A stretch of DNA of 64,000 bases from Cyanophora paradoxa CCMP329 (taxonomy: Eukaryota; Plantae; Glaucophyta), in the NCBI GenBank assembly GCA_004431415.1, contig QPMI01000022.1, forward strand, positions 310,001 to 374,000, in the 5' to 3' direction. Below are positions 1-13,760 of the stretch, piece after piece. Positions within the stretch are counted from its first letter, which is position 1. Each line of letters starts with the position of its first letter. Position numbers and translations under genes: made by a program. The notes below the pieces were generated by a model. It saw nothing but the letters and a program-made list of their open reading frames with translations, made no database searches and had not been told where the DNA came from.

Positions 1-1403
1 ATGCGGCAGCTGCAGGCGTCCAGAAAGAGGGCAGACCTGAACAGCCGACTCTCCGAGGTGCCTTGCTTTAATTCTAATCTCTATTCCGCCCCGCACCGCC
101 ATGCATATGTGCAGTCGGGCATCCTGCGCCTTTCAATTTGAGCTGACTTTCGAATTCTTATTTTGTGCAGAATTCGAAGAACGCCGAAGCAGAGCGCCAA
201 TCGGAAGAGGTGCCTTCATATATGTGTTTGACGATTCATTGACTTTTATATTAATATATTCCACGCTACCGCGCGCCGCGGCGCTCCTTCATCTTTGTGC
301 GGCAGGTGTCCGAGAAGGAGGTGCCCGGATTTTGAGTTATTTTAACAATCTGGCCAGCGCTGCGCATGCCATCAAGGCATGTGCAGTAACGCGCATCGCA
401 CGTGTCGGCATTGATGTTTGCGCCCCGGATTCTGAAGAAGCAAACCCCCGGATTCGCCACTGTGGCCGGGCGGTCGATATCTGGACCACGGGACTCAAGC
501 AGACACCGACGGTCATCTAGACATGAAAATGCAAGTGCTGCATCTGCATCGATATCCGAGTCTGAGCTCGCCGAATTCGAAGTTGGTTCTAATTCGGCCG
601 CCGGCGCTCGTGAGGTACTGTTTTTATAGTATACTACTTATTCTAGAACATTACTCTGCGTATACTGAAGAGTTGATCATGACGTCGCATAGTTGCCGGA
701 CGTCGACGGGTGCCATGGCCGTGGATTGGGGCCGGGCGCATCGATATCCGGTTCACCAACGAAAGAGTCGTCGACATTAGCGTCGACGCATCAACTGTCC
801 CCGATAACGCACACACCGTCGACGTCGGCAGAGCGTGTTCCCTTCAAGAGCATGAGCAGTTTGAGCACAGACTCCTCTGTATCAGCTTCGCCGATGACGA
901 TCGCACCATGTAAGCATACGCCCAACGTTGAGGTGAGCTTTCCTGTTTGATTGCCACTGAAGTGAGCTATTCGTTTTTATATCTAACTCCTGATTTCGAA
1001 GGCGATGGCGGCCTCGACTTCTTCAGGGGCGGCGTGGACGTCGATGCAAATGCAACCTAATGATCACATGCATCCCCCCGCGCCAACGTCAGCGATCGCG
1101 AATCGCTGTGATCGGGAGAAGCCGGCTGTGGATTATCAGAAGGCGACAGCAGATCTAGATCTAGAGGAGTGGCCCCGGAAGATCGAAGTCGCTCACTCAC
1201 CGGAAGCAGGCTCGAACGTTCACGGCCCGGCTACACCTCGTCAGCGTGTACTGGGCCCGGCGTTGTTGGGCCCCGCGGCCGCTTCGAATCTCGGTCGGAA
1301 AGCACCAGCTCCAGCTCCAGCTGCAGCCGCAGCTGCATCCATGGACCCCCAGCTTTTGGCAAAGCTAGCCAAGCGAAGGGCGGCAGCAGATCAGCCAAGC
1401 TAG
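1..1403 (+). CDS. Multi-exon hypothetical protein, probably 5'-truncated by the window edge
   Basis: Short exons with GT..AG introns (58-170, 210-307) give MRQLQASRKRADLNSRLSE/NSKNAEAERQSEE/VSEKE. The terminal exon ends PAPAAAAAASMDPQLLAKLAKRRAAADQPS* at 1403. No recognisable domain. Confidence 0.4.
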
Positions 1404-1856
1404 AGATTATATTTATATATATATTCGACTATTCATCATTTGATCATCTGACTGCTATCTGGAAGTTCTTAGAAGAGGTTAACGTTGCTTTGCACTTACG
1501 TATACGTATATTATGAAGCTGAAGTTTTCGAATTTTTTTTGAGAGACTACGGTGGGGCGAACCCCCCGTAGGTAGTGATATTAAACATAGATCTCTCTGA
1601 TTTATTTCATATATATCTGAATGCGATCGCGTATGTACCTACGTATACGTACAGTCGCTCAGCGCTAGCGGCCGCGGGCGCCGAGGCGCATGCGCAGCTC
1701 CGAGATGATCCGCCTGCAGCTGATCATAATCGTGAGCATACATTTGCATATATATGCAGTGGCACGGCGCATAGGTATTAAAAATCTAGTATACGTAATT
1801 CTTTGTATACGTGCACGCATGCGCACGGCGCGGGTAACAGTAGTACAATGAACTAT

Positions 1857-2095
1857 AGTACCTTTTCACCACAGTACCAGGCCAGGCTGGGAAATTGCAA
1901 CTCGGCAAACGCCGCTTACCTTTTGCTGCCAAATTTGACATTTGGGACCTGCGAACTACGGCTGGTCTGAGCTTGGAGAAGCAAAAAAATGCCACTGGAA
2001 ACCTTGCCCAATGGTGTATTTGTCCATTTCATTTGTTGAGTAGCAAAAAAATAAGCGGTTCCAGCCCGCATAGTACTGTGGTTTCGTGTACCCAA
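1857..2095. repeat. Imperfect inverted repeat, possibly a degenerate MITE
   Basis: Left accacagtacc-aggccaggctggga pairs with right ttccagcccgcat-agtactgtggt, with inner ttttgct/agcaaaa. The region is more AT-rich than its surroundings. No clear TSD. Confidence 0.25.
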
Positions 2096-2140
2096 TGCTA
2101 CCCATGGGACCCTTTCGCTGGCGGAAAACGCCAATCGTTT

Positions 2141-2315
2141 ACTACAGCGAGTCGAGCCAAAAAGCTTCATGATCAGTCTGAAACTCGGGCGATTTGGTGA
2201 TTGGACAATTTAATTCAAAAAGGTCGGGTACGTTAAAATTGCTTACTACGGCGAGTCGAGTCAAAAAGCCCCAGTCGGAAACTCGAGCGATTTCGTGATT
2301 GGTCAATTTAAATCC
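2141..2315. repeat. Imperfect direct repeat, 2 x ~75 bp
   Basis: actac(a/g)gcgagtcgag(c/t)caaaaagc...aaactcg(g/a)gcgattt(g/c)gtgattgg(a/t)caatttaa at ~2141 and ~2245. Confidence 0.65.
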
Positions 2316-2916
2316 ATGGACTTATATATAATTATATATAGCTCATGATCAGTGAGCTCACAGCTCGTTTTTTTTACCGGTCGACCAAAGTTCACCCAAG
2401 GCTGAAAACCGGTTAAAATGAAATCGCTCTTCGGCTCAGCGGCTATTGGGTTGGCTGGCCGGGACCGGGCTAGCGCTAGCTATATAGGCGCCGCTAGCAC
2501 TACTCTACACGGTAGCTTGCCGGCTACACGCTGACGTTGGCGCACTAGCCGGCTCGAAGCGGGTGAAAAGTTATCGCGATCGCCGGCTGCCCTTCCAATT
2601 GCCCATACAACGGGCATGTCGAGTCGATTGGGAAAAAAACGAGCTGTGCTGTACGGTCTGTACCCAGCTAGCAAGCGGGGGGGGTGCGGGGGGGGCGGAG
2701 CCCCCCCTGCTTGTGCTAAATGCGCATGGACTCCGTATCCGGGGGGGAGAGCTCCAGATCTAGAAGCCCCTTAAGCCTTCGAATTCCCCGTGGCCAGTAG
2801 CTTCTGCAGATGGCATCAATATTAATTGCATCACATCAGACGTTTGAGAGTGAGGGGCCCAGGCTCTAGGCCTACGAGCGCCCCGAGCTTATCGAGAGCG
2901 CCGCGGTTGCAATTGC

Positions 2917-5900
2917 CTATGAGACGCTGCGCTGCTTCCGCGGGCGGCCCGCCCCCGTCCCGTCCCACGCGTACGCCTCCTTATCGTCCTCCTCGTCCTC
3001 CTCCTCGTCGTGCTCGTACGCGTCCTCGCCCTCGCCCTCGCTTTCGCCCTCCGAGTCGCTGTCGGCATCTCCGCCCTCGTCGCTGTCATCGAGCTCGCTC
3101 CCGTCGTCGCTCTCGCTCTCGTCGTCGCTCTCGTCGTCGCTCGCGTACTCTTCCTCCATGGCCAGCATGACCTTGGCCGCCGGCAGCAGGGCCTGCGCAT
3201 CAATCACGATCAGACACTCCCGAGCGGCGCCGGTCGACGCCGCGGGCGCGCGTGCCTCAACTTTGTCGACGATGGTGTCGTCGTACGAGTCGTACTCGAC
3301 GTACTGCAAGTGCAGGCGGCTGCAGCTCAGCGGGGTTCCAAGTTCTAGAGCTGGCGAGGGCGTGGGCGGGGGCGGGTGGACGGACGCGCCTGGTCCTCAG
3401 CAGCGTCGCTGAGGATTAGGGCGCGGAGGCCCGCCCACCGCGGGGGCCCGAAGGCGGAGGCCCCGAAGGCGGGCCCGAAGGCGGGGGGCCCACCGCGTCG
3501 TTTTTGACGTACTGCGCGGCATCTCAGCGGTGCTAGATCTATATATAGCTAGAGCTGGGGCGAGGGAGCGAAGAAGCGCGCCTGTTCCTTGGCAGCGTCG
3601 CTGAGGATTAGGGCGCGGAGGCCCGCCCACCGCGGAAGGCCGAAGGCGGAGGCGAGGAGGGCGGGGTCCGACGGGAGGGGCGACCTGACCGTCAGCCGCC
3701 GCAGCTTTCCCGCGCGCGTCGGTCCCCAGCCGCTGCGGGGCCGGGCCGGGGCGTGAGGCACGCAGAGGGGCGCGGGCGCTGGGACCGAGCCGGATGTCGA
3801 TTCGGACCTGCAGGAGTTCCACAGGAATGCATTCGCGATCGTCCCCGACGGGGTAGCAGGCGAGCTGCAGCACCTCAAGCTCGCCCCAGCTGAGCGGAAA
3901 TTGCGAACGGTGGGCAGGGGGAGGGGGGGGGAGGGGGGTGTGCAGGGAGGGGGAGGCAGAAAAAAACATTTGCTCGGATAGGTCCGGCCAGGCAGGGAGG
4001 GGGTTGCCCCCCTCCCCACGCGCCGCTGTTTCCAGCGGCTCGGCCGGACCATAAGGGGGGGGGAGGCAGGGAGGGCGGGGCGGAGCCGCGGAGGGCGGGG
4101 AGGGGGCACCAAGTCAAGGGCTCGGCGGCGAGCTGCTCGACGCATTGGCGGGGTACGCTCAGGTCGAGCGCCTGCAAAGGACGGGGATCAGGGCAGGGAA
4201 GGAGGGAAGGGGGTACGCCGGCCGCGGGCGGACGCGTGCCTGCAGGCAGGGTCGTGAATCAGGGGGGTTGGGGGCGGTGAGGAAGGGGGTACAGGCGTGG
4301 AGAATCGGGCGCGGGCCTGCAGACGGGAGAGGCGGCGGAGGACGGAGCATAGGGCGGCAGGATCCGTCGCGTTCTGCGGGGTACACGATTCGACGACGGG
4401 CCGAGGGAAAGGGGGGTACACGGGGCGTGCCTGGACGAGCACGAGGGAGCGGAGGGTTGGGGCAAGGGCGGCGAGGGGCGCTGTGTCCGCCTCGCTCCGA
4501 AGGTTCAGCGTCACGTGCTGCGGAGTACGTGAGCTGCAGCTGGGAGCGAGCGGCGCGGGGCGTGACGCATGGGGCGGGCCTCGAGGCGGGTCAGCGAGGG
4601 GAGGGACCCGATCCACTCAAACTCGCCCCCGATCTTGAGCGCTGGGAATTCGAAGGGTGAGGAAAGTAAGTAATTTATAATTAGTTGCTTTAATCAGAAA
4701 GTTAACCCGAATGGAATTTAATTGTACACGTCAAGTAAATCGCGAGCGCCGGGCCCGGGAATTCGAAGCTCAAGGGTGAAATGAGTGCGTAAGGGGATGA
4801 GCCGCTGAGCTCGAGCCATGCTGCAGGTGCCGCGCCGGCCGCGGAAGCCAGCGGGGCGCGCGCACCGCGCATTGACGTCAGGCGCGCGAGGAACGCCGCG
4901 GCGTCGGTGTCGATGCGGGGGCTGTACCCGTACCCATGGCCGCCATCCCGCAGCAGAGCGAGAGGTCGATATCATGATCAGCGAGATCGTGGGGTCAGGA
5001 CGTGAGATGGGCACGGGAAAGAAACCAGGGAGCCGGCGAGGGACAGCAGAACTGGACCCGAAGCCGCTCAAGGCCTGCGGATCGCCCAGAAACAAAAACG
5101 AAGGTACATGCACAAGGGCTCATGATCAGCCATCGGGAGTACCGAATATGTATATACGTATATTATACGCGTACGTATATATATACACGTATATATATTT
5201 AAACTAGGAGAGGGGTATTCGTTTAATTTACGGGGCACCCAAAAAACTGGAAAGGATCGAAAGAGCCGCGAGAGGTGCTTCCGCCTTGCGCTGCGCCCCG
5301 CCCCGGCTTAAGAAGACGCAAAAATCGAAAGGACGGGTGTCTTTCTGACGGCAAGGGGCGGCGCAATGTGCAGGTCGAAGCTGAGGGCGCGCAGAGTGGG
5401 CGCGATCGCGAGCCCGCGCATGCGCTCCAGATCTTCGATCGTGATCGGCAGCCTGCCGCAACTGATCACGCGTACGTACGAGGGGAAATTCCGAAGAGCT
5501 GCTAGGATCGAAATAGAATAAAATAGGGGCGCATGCGCACCCGGAGAGATCAAGGGTTTGGAGGAGGGGAAACGAGCCGAGGAACGGAAACATGGAGAAT
5601 CTGAAGCCGAAAGGCGACCCGAAACTCGCGAAACTCCCCTCCGAGACGCGAAGGGAGAGGGAGCGCAGCTCGGAGAAAGCCGCGAGTTCGAGCGGTGGGA
5701 TGCCCAGGCGCGGGCGGGCCTCGCTCTCGGGGTCCGTCAGGTCGAGCCACAGCTCCAGCTCGCTCAGGGGGCCCGGGAAGCACTCCCGCAGGCGCCCGAG
5801 CGCCTCCGCGGCCGGGTTGCTCGCACTGCTACACACCTGCTCAGCCCCATCATGAGCTCTGGTCTCCGAACAGATTTCGAGTTAACGAAAGATATCCGAA

Positions 5901-6363
5901 AGATATCGATGCGCACCTGCACGCGCCGCGCGCCGCGCCGCGCCACCTTGGGCGCCCGCAGCAGCGCCTCCAGATCGTCCGGGCACGGCTTCCGCAGCGC
6001 GACCCGCTCCCATGCGCTGGGGTCTCCGCAAACCGAACGGAACCGCCGACACACGCCGCGATACAGCTGCAGGAGCTCGGGGCGGGCGTCGGGCGCGTTT
6101 TCTCGGGGATCCAGCTGCGAAATCCCCCCGCAGGCCGGCTGGCTCCGCCATTCCCGTCTCGCCGCTAGAAGTAAAATTCGAAGGAGCAGCTCGTCGGGGA
6201 GCGCGTCGATGGGGCTGCTCACGAGCGCCGGCGGAGGCGCGATCGGCGCCGGCGTCGATCGCGTCTGCACGGCCGCATCATCGAGGCGGGAGCGTACGCA
6301 GGCGCTGCCGCTGGTCGCTTGGCCATCTTCTTCGCGTGCGCGCTTCGAGGCTCTCGTGCCCAT
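2917..6363 (-). CDS. F-box / LRR-like protein, family copy A, acidic C-terminal tail
   Basis: Starts MGTRASKRARE. F-box motif SPIDALPDELLLRILLL...VCRRFRSVCGDPSAW. LRR-like segments FSELRSLSLR, LQTLDLSG, LAPTLRSLVL, WGELEVLQLACY. Last exon is D/E-rich. Several introns. Confidence 0.75.
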
Positions 6364-7750
6364 CGATATCGCGGGACTTCGAGCTGCAAAACGCCGGCCG
6401 GGCCCGGGGCGGCGCCGGCGTACGTTATTAATTCGAGCGATCAATTGCAAATTCGATCCGAGTTCATCGCGAAATTGCAGGAATTCGATCACCGGCGCCG
6501 GCTCGCGATTGCCGACTGCTGACTATTGGCTACGCTCGACCCGGCTATGCTAGGCGGCCTAGGCCGGCAACTGCCGCACTGCGGCAGCGGCGTCCTCCCA
6601 CCTGATCAGAGCTCAGCCTCGCGCTTCTACAGACCGTCGGACTGCGGCGTGCGATACTGCATGTATACGTAACTATTTAGCTAGTGGGCCGGCCGCGATT
6701 TTCGCGCCGGGGGTGCAAGTGGGGAACCGGGATCAGTTTGTGTGCTGTCGCGATCGGTGCTTTTTTCCCTTGGCCAGTCCGAGCAGCCGAGCAGCGGAGT
6801 GCCGAGCGCAACGTTAACAAGAGCGCCCGGCCCGGCCGGCGTGCTCAGCTGCGGGAAGCAGCGCACGCGGTTCTGCGGTATAAGCTCGATGTCGGCGGCG
6901 TGCTGAGCGCAGCAAGAGAGCACGGTCTGGACGACCGGGTGTGCTCGGCTGCGATCAGCGGCGCAGCTAGGCAGCGGCGCAAGCGGTTTTGCGGTGCAAG
7001 CTGAGCTCAAGCACGAGTGCCGGGCATGCGCAGCGTGCTCGGCTGCGGGCAGCGGCGCGTGCTCGGTAGCTATAGGCGGTGCTGCGGTGCAAGCTCGATA
7101 TCGATGCAGTGAAGCCTTGAATTCGAAGCGTAGTCCAGGCGGCACGGGTACCGTGCGCGTGCGGCGTACGCGGCGCAGTGCGAGGAAGCGGAAATCTAGC
7201 TAGCTAGCTAGAGAGAAGTGGTTCCATGCAGAACCGCCGCGTGATGCAGCGCAGCGCCGCGCGCCGCGGCGAGGGCCGGGAGCCGGAGAGCCCGGAGTGA
7301 GATCGAGAGAGTTTCGCGATCGAAGTTGGTTTTCCCCTCGAAAACCACTTTTCGCGAGTTCGAGAGAGCTCTCGCGAGCTCGACTTTGACGCTCGAAAGT
7401 CGAGGGCTGACCGGTTCACCGAGCCGCGAATATCGGATCACGAATAAGCAACATTTTTTTCTGGTGTTGCAGACTGGCCCTCCGATCGAGGGCTCGGAAA
7501 CGGCCTCATTGGAAAAATTTGGCTGAAGCGAGGGAACGGGAAGCAAGGGGGAATCCCTTTGGTCTTCTTCCCCCCTTGCAATTTGTGTTTCGGCTTCATG
7601 ATTAACGGCCGTATGGTCGATGATCCGACGGCGGCGTGATTGCCCTTTGTATCAATATATATATATACGACGTCCGCTTCGCGTTGAATTTCGCGCTAAA
7701 TTTCAAATTTCGTGCGAACTTTTGACGTCCACGCACTCGCGCGAAAATGA

Positions 7751-8450
7751 TTGTACCCGGGGGGCCATTCGCGGCCGGGAGCTCTAGCTGCTGTCATGCA
7801 GGCTGCCGGCGTCAGGCCGCATGCGCAAGCCTTGAAGCAGCCTAGTACGCAGCCTAGAGCTATAGCTATATATGGCGGGCAGGTTCTCGGGGGCCGGGTC
7901 GCAGAGATCAATCCACGTCGCTCACTTTCGGCCGTCTCCGCATCCTCTCCAAATTTAAATGGGCACCTGCTATTCCGGTACGAGAACGCGCATGCGCTTC
8001 GTTGCCATTGCCAGCTCTCCAGTACTAGTGCTCTGATGCTCTTTAATTTGTGGCTAAAAGCAACCAACTGCACCGGAAGCAAGAAGTCCGGGGGCTCTAG
8101 TTCAGACACTTCATGCAAGGGCATCGGAGGCAAGTCTTACAAGGTTTATTCGACAAACAAGTGCATGAACCTGCTGCTCGACCAAGAGGACCAGGTGCGC
8201 ACGCCGCGTTTACGGCCCGCGGCCGCGTTCGAGCCCGAAACACCGACTTGACGATCTCACGATCAGGCGGTGTACGCCGAGGACGACGAGCTCGAGGGCT
8301 ACTCTGAGGTTGCATTGGACGATGCGACGGACGCTGACGCCGCCTATCTCGAGCTCGAGGCTGAGGATGACTACATCGAGCTCGAGCTCGAGCTCTGCGT
8401 GCGTTTTCTTTAAACAATTTTGAAGCTTGCAAAGTGTACATGTGCGACCT
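7751..8450 (+). CDS. Small spliced hypothetical protein with acidic C-terminus (boundaries uncertain)
   Basis: Exon ...LMLFNLWLKATNCTGSKK...MNLLLDQEDQ|gtgcgc...cag|AVYAEDDELEGYSEVALDDATDADAAYLELEAEDDYIE joins in frame across a GT-AG intron. Confidence 0.3.
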
Positions 8451-8780
8451 GATGGCAAACAGGTCGGTGCTCAGGACGAGGCCGCGGGGATGATTTCCGA
8501 GTAGTGCTAGTCCCGGCCACCAGCCTCGCGCTGGCGCGGGCCCCCGCCGGCCGCCCCCCTCTAGATCTTTTCCCCCGCTTGACCCTCCCTCCCCTGTTCT
8601 CCGTCGGCTGAGCGACTGCCGGCTTCTCTCCCTCGTTCTCGCCTTTTCTGCTAGCTGAGCGACTGCTAGCTACCACCCCGAGATGTAATTAATTAATATT
8701 TCTCTCCGGAGATTCAATCTCCCAGCCCTCTGCCCTCCGCCCGCCCCCCGCCCCTCGCTACTCGGCATCCCTAATCGATT

Positions 8781-10780
8781 CTATCTAACAACGTCAGGCC
8801 TCAGCTTCGCCGTCGTCACCCGCCTCCTCATACCCCTCGTCGCCCTCGGCCTCCTACCCCTCCTCCTCGTCCTCGTCTCCGTACCCCCCCTCCTCGTGCC
8901 CTCCTTCAACGCCCTCCTCCTCCTCTTCGTCTCCGTACCCCCCTCCTCGTGTCCTCCTTCAACGCCCTCCTCCTCCTCGTCTCCGTACCCCCCCCTCGTG
9001 CCCTCCTTCAACGTCCTCCCCCTCCCTCTCCTCCTCCTCGTACCCCCCTCCTCGTCCTCGTCTTCCTCGTCTCCGTACCCGGCTCCGCTGCCTTCCTCGC
9101 TCCCGTACGAGTCCGAGTCGCCCTCGAACTCGTACCGGTACCCGTCGAACTCGTCCTCGCATGCGCGCCTCGCCCGCCCGCATGAGGTCAGCTGGTCTGA
9201 TCTGACCTGATCTGATCTGATCTGATCTGATTTAACAGTCGCAGCGCACCTCGAGCGCTTCTGTCACGAAGCCTCCATGGCCACCCTTCATCGACTGCCC
9301 GCGCCCTATAGCTAACCCCAATCAAGAAGGCTTAAGCTTTAGCGCGGAGCTTGGAAGAAGATCTAGAGCGCGCCTATAGCTAGGCCTGCATCTCAGCCTC
9401 GTTAACGTTGTCCAGCACGAGCGTGGGGAGGACCGCCCAGCTGCAGGGTCGCCCCGCGTCGGTCCGCGGGCGCCCGCCCCGCCACCCGAAGACCGACTTT
9501 AGGGCGTCGAAGTCGTTCGGGAGCCGCACCCCGACCCGCAGCGCTAGCACCGTCAGGGCCCGCGCGTCCCTCCCGAGCCGCTGCGGACGCGTGAGAGGCG
9601 CGGCGGTGTCAATGAGCAGGCCCTGAGGCGAGCCTGGCCGGAGCAGACCTCGAGAAGGCCGACGGGGACGACGGGTTTCGGCCGCGAGGGCTTCGAGCTC
9701 GCGCTCGAGTACAGCGAATCGTACTACGGTAGAACTGGGGCCCCAAGGAGTCCACCTCGAAGAGGCCGAACGTCTCCAGCCGCGCCCAGCTGTCGCAGAA
9801 GGCGTATGAGATTTAGAGGGACGAGGGAGAAGGAAGGGGGGGAGGGGAGGGGACGGACAGGGGGATACGCGTTCACCAGGTCAGGGGCTCAACCGCGAGC
9901 TGCTCGTAGCAGCGCGGGGGTTGTTGTATTCTGTATACAGCAGCATATTAGCCTAGCTATGCTTAGCCTTGACCTGACATATGCGTGGTTTGATAGCTGC
10001 GCGTCCGGAATAATAGAGGAGGCCGTCGCCGCGGAGCTCATAGAACTTAGCCTGGGCGAGGAGCCAGTCGGGTACAGGATCTCCGGGAGGAGGGGGGTAC
10101 CGGAGGAACTTAAAAATGCGGCGGAGGTGGGTGTCGGATTTCTGGGCGTCTAGGCCCTCTCCTCGACGCTCTTCCGCCGTACCCCCCCCCTACCGTACCC
10201 TCCTTCCTTTCCGCCGTACCCCCCCCCCCTTCCGTCGAACCCGGAGTCGTGCGCCCGACCCTCGGGCCATCAACAGGAGATTCCAAGCCTCGGCACATTA
10301 CAATTTCTCGCATTCGTATTTTAGTTTATTCTTGACTCTAGCTTGTGTTCGGACATATGCATGTGTGCAGTTCGTAGATCTAGCTTCTTGTAATTAGGGC
10401 AGTAGGAAATCCGAGCTCACATCTAGGCGGACTGATAGTGGGACGCCTAGCTCTGTGATGCGCTTAGAGGCAAGGATGTCTCAGCGGCCTTACGCAGTCT
10501 CGGGCCGTATTCAGTTGGGCTGGCGGTTAGAGCGCGTAGCCAGAGTGCTCGCTGAGCGTCCACCCTTCGGGGTGCCTCGGGCCTTGTCGGTCGCCACATA
10601 TTTTTGTAGAAATAGTAGTGCGGCTTCCCCTTCTGTTTGGTTGCGGTACCTTGATGCCATGATCATGATGAGCACCTTCCGTGTGGGCTTTTGGAGGGTT
10701 TTCCCCCCCCATAGCAGATGCTGCGGGGTACGTGAGCTGGGAGCGAACTTCCCGCCGGCGAACTTTCACCGGCGCCGGCC
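8781..10780 (-). pseudogene. Partial, diverged F-box/LRR family copy B (3' portion only)
   Basis: Shares the family intron/exon junction cgctcccagctcacgtaccccgcag (~10720-10745), WARLE (~9790), QRLGRDARALTVLAL (~9540-9590) and an acidic tail. No F-box exon seen; stops and frame disruptions occur in homologous frames. Confidence 0.5.
8865..9080. repeat. Tandem repeat of ~54-bp units encoding Gly/Glu/Tyr-rich peptide on the minus strand
   Basis: cctcgtctccgtaccccccc(tc)ctcgtg(c/t)cctccttcaacg repeated 3-4 times. Confidence 0.75.
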
Positions 10781-11350
10781 CGGTGGCGCTGATGATATCG
10801 ATCATGAATTCGGTGGCATGGTCGACGTGGTCGCGCAGCATTTTAAGCCGGAGCGCTAGCCGATGCAAATGAGCCGGAGTTCAACGGTTCTTCGCCCGCT
10901 GGCGCGGCGCGGCCGGCGCCTGCAGCTAGCTGCAGGCCCTGCCAGGCTGCATTTGATCATGATCATGAGGCTACCACATGCGCAGTGCCCCCGGCCGCGC
11001 CGCGGCGGGGCCGCCCGTGGCCCCGCGCGCGCGAGAGCCTCGGAGAGCACGCCGTCCGACGGTCGACTTAATTATATATATATGGCTTGATCTTGATGCA
11101 ATCGATCTCGCCGTGAACTGCCCGCGGCCGCGGGACAGCTCAGCCCAGTGTACGTAGGCGAGATCTCTGTACAGACTCTGTACAGAGGCGAGGCCAAGCC
11201 CGAGCCCGGCGCCGCGGCGCGCCCTGCCCGGCCCTAGCTATAGGCCTAGGCTTCGTCGTCGCACAATCCCCGTCGTCGATCATCCGGGGATGAAGGCCTA
11301 GGCTTCGTCGTCAGGAAAGAGGACTAGCGGATCATCCGATGATCGGATAG

Positions 11351-13702
11351 TTAAACTGTGACAGTTCTACAGCACGTCTCTGTACAGAGGGCGCCCTGCC
11401 CGGTCCTAGCTATGGGCCTAGGCCTAGGCTTCGTGCCTGCATCATCATTCCCCAGCCCGATGGTGGCCCCGCGCGCCACGTCGCCTAGCTTGCCCGCGGC
11501 CGGCCATCCCATGCTCCTCCTACGAGTCAGACGCTGATCAAGACTGACCCGTTTCCATACTTTAGCCGCCGCAGCTGTTTCGCATCGGTTCTGAGCCGCT
11601 GCGGCGGCGTCAGGCGAGAGGCGAAAGGGGGATGGACTGGGCCCTATTCGGACCTGGACTAAGCCGTCGGGGATGTACCCGTTCTCGTCGGGATAGCAGG
11701 CGAGCTGCACCACCTCAAGCTTCGGCCAGCTGCCCGGGGGGGGTGAGAAGGGCGGGGGGAGGGCCGGGGAGGGGTTCGCGGTCACCAGGTCAGGGGCTCG
11801 GCCGCGAGCTGCCCGAGGCAGTGGGGGGGAAGACTCAGGTCCAGCGCCTGCGAAGGGCGCGAATCAGGGCGGGGATGGAGAGGAGGGTGCGAATCAGGGT
11901 CAAGCTGGGGAGGGCGGTGGGGGTACTCAGGGCGGGCGCGAGCCTGCAGGTAGGAGAGGCGGCGGAGGACGTGGCAGAGGGCGGCGGGGTTTGCCGGGTT
12001 CTGCGGGGTACACTATTCGACGATGGCACATGGGGGGGTACACCATCTGGACCTGGACGAGTATGAAGGAGCGGAGGCTGGGGGCGAGGGCGGCGAGGGG
12101 TGCCAGGTCCGCCTCGCGTCTCAGGTTCAGCGTCACGTGCTGCGGGGTACGTGAGCTGCGAGCGAGCCGGGGAGAGGGGGGGGGGGGTCTCGCGGGGCGG
12201 GCCTCGAGGCGGGTCAGGGAGGGGAGGAACCCGATCCACTCGAAGTCGCCCCCGACATCGAGCGCTGGGGAGGGGACTTTCGGGCCTAGGGGAGCCTAGG
12301 CCTTACAAGTTAGGGGGCGCACCGCACATGGACGTTAAGAGCGCGAGAGGCTCGGCGGCGTCGCGCGGGATGCGGGGCCAGTGCTTCTCCGCGTCGTAGC
12401 GCCGACGCGTCCGGTAGGGCGAGGATTCCCTGCGATCCCGCAGATAAGGCGTGGCTCACGATCACGCAAGGGGCGGAATGCTGGTGGAGGGGGTACTGGA
12501 CCTCGAAGGGGGGGAATGCCAAAACGCGACACGAAGCCGCTCGAGGGCTGCAGAGGTTGCGAGAGGTCAGTTCAGAAGGGATGGGGGGGGGGGGGGGGGG
12601 GGGGCGGAAGGGGGGGGAGGAGGGGGGAGGGGGGGGAATTATTGACGCGGGCGCACCTGAGAAGCCGGAGAGGGTCGAAAGGGCCAAGCGACGCGTTCTC
12701 TCCTTCGACTGCAGGCGGGTTGAGGAGACAGAGGGGGGCAGAGGGGCAGTGGGACAGGAGACTGTAGGCTCCTTCGGGCAGCGGGCAGAGGGGGCAGAGC
12801 ATTCGGACCATAGCGCTGACGCGCTCCCGTGGGGTGTACAGATCGATGCTGAGGGATCGAAGGGTGGGCGCGAGGCCACGCATATGTTCCAGGCTGCTAA
12901 TCGTCACCGGCAATCTGCGAGGCCTGATCAGGAGGGGAGAGCAGAACCGCAGAAGCGCTGAACCGGCCCACCCGGAGAGGTCGAGGGTGTGCAGGAGGGT
13001 GAGATAGCCGGGCTCAAGGGATGGCCACAGGTTGAAGCCATAGAAGGAATCCGCGTACTCATCGATGAGACGTGCGAGAGTCGTCTCGGAGGCGCGAAGG
13101 GAGAGCGAGCGAAGCTCAGAGAACAAGACTATCGGAAAAATCCGCGGAACGCGGGGGAAGCTCTTGTGGCCATACCACACCTCCAGCTCGCTCACGGGGC
13201 CGGGAAAGCACTCCCGCAGCCGCTCGAGCTCCACATTATCCCAGAGCGCATTGCTGTACGCCTGCGCGCCCGTCCTGCATCAGCAAAACAAAAAACCACA
13301 AACAAAACGTTTAAATTACACCTGCACGCGCCGCGCGCTGCGCCGCGCCGCCTCGGGCGCCCGCAGCAGCGCCTTCAATTCGTCTTCGTAGGGCTTCCGC
13401 AGCGCGACCCGCTCCCATGTGCTGGGATGCTCGCAAAGCGAACGAAAACGACGACAAACGGCGCGATACCGCTGCAGGAGCTCGGGGCAAGCGTCGGGCG
13501 GGTTCTCGCATGGATCGAGCTGCGAAATGCCCGCGCAGGCCGGCTCGCTCTGCCAATCCCGCCGCGCCGCCAGGATCAGGATGGGATGGAGCAGCTCGTC
13601 GGGGAGCGCGTCTATCGGAGAGACGCAGGCGATGTTCGCTGAGGGCTGATGGCGACGGAGGGCGCTGATGCATATGGGGCAGCTCTCGTCAACCATCTGC
13701 AT
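11351..13702 (-). CDS. F-box / LRR-like protein, family copy C (altered ends, possibly a pseudogene)
   Basis: SPIDALPDELLHPILILAARRDWQSEPACAG...VCRRFRSLCEHPSTW; LERLRECFPGPVSELEVW; FSELRSLSLR; HVTLNLRREADLAPLAALAPSLRSF; SWPKLEVVQLACY. Homology to copies A and D is lost below ~11640. Confidence 0.6.
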
Positions 13703-13760
13703 GCAGCTCGAGATATCGACGAGCGGCGGCGCCGGAGGGCCGAATCGATACTGGAGAAGG

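Noticed and set aside
6560-7700. Coding gene between F-box copies A and B
   Set aside because: Only short ORFs with no recognisable motif or consistent splice pattern.
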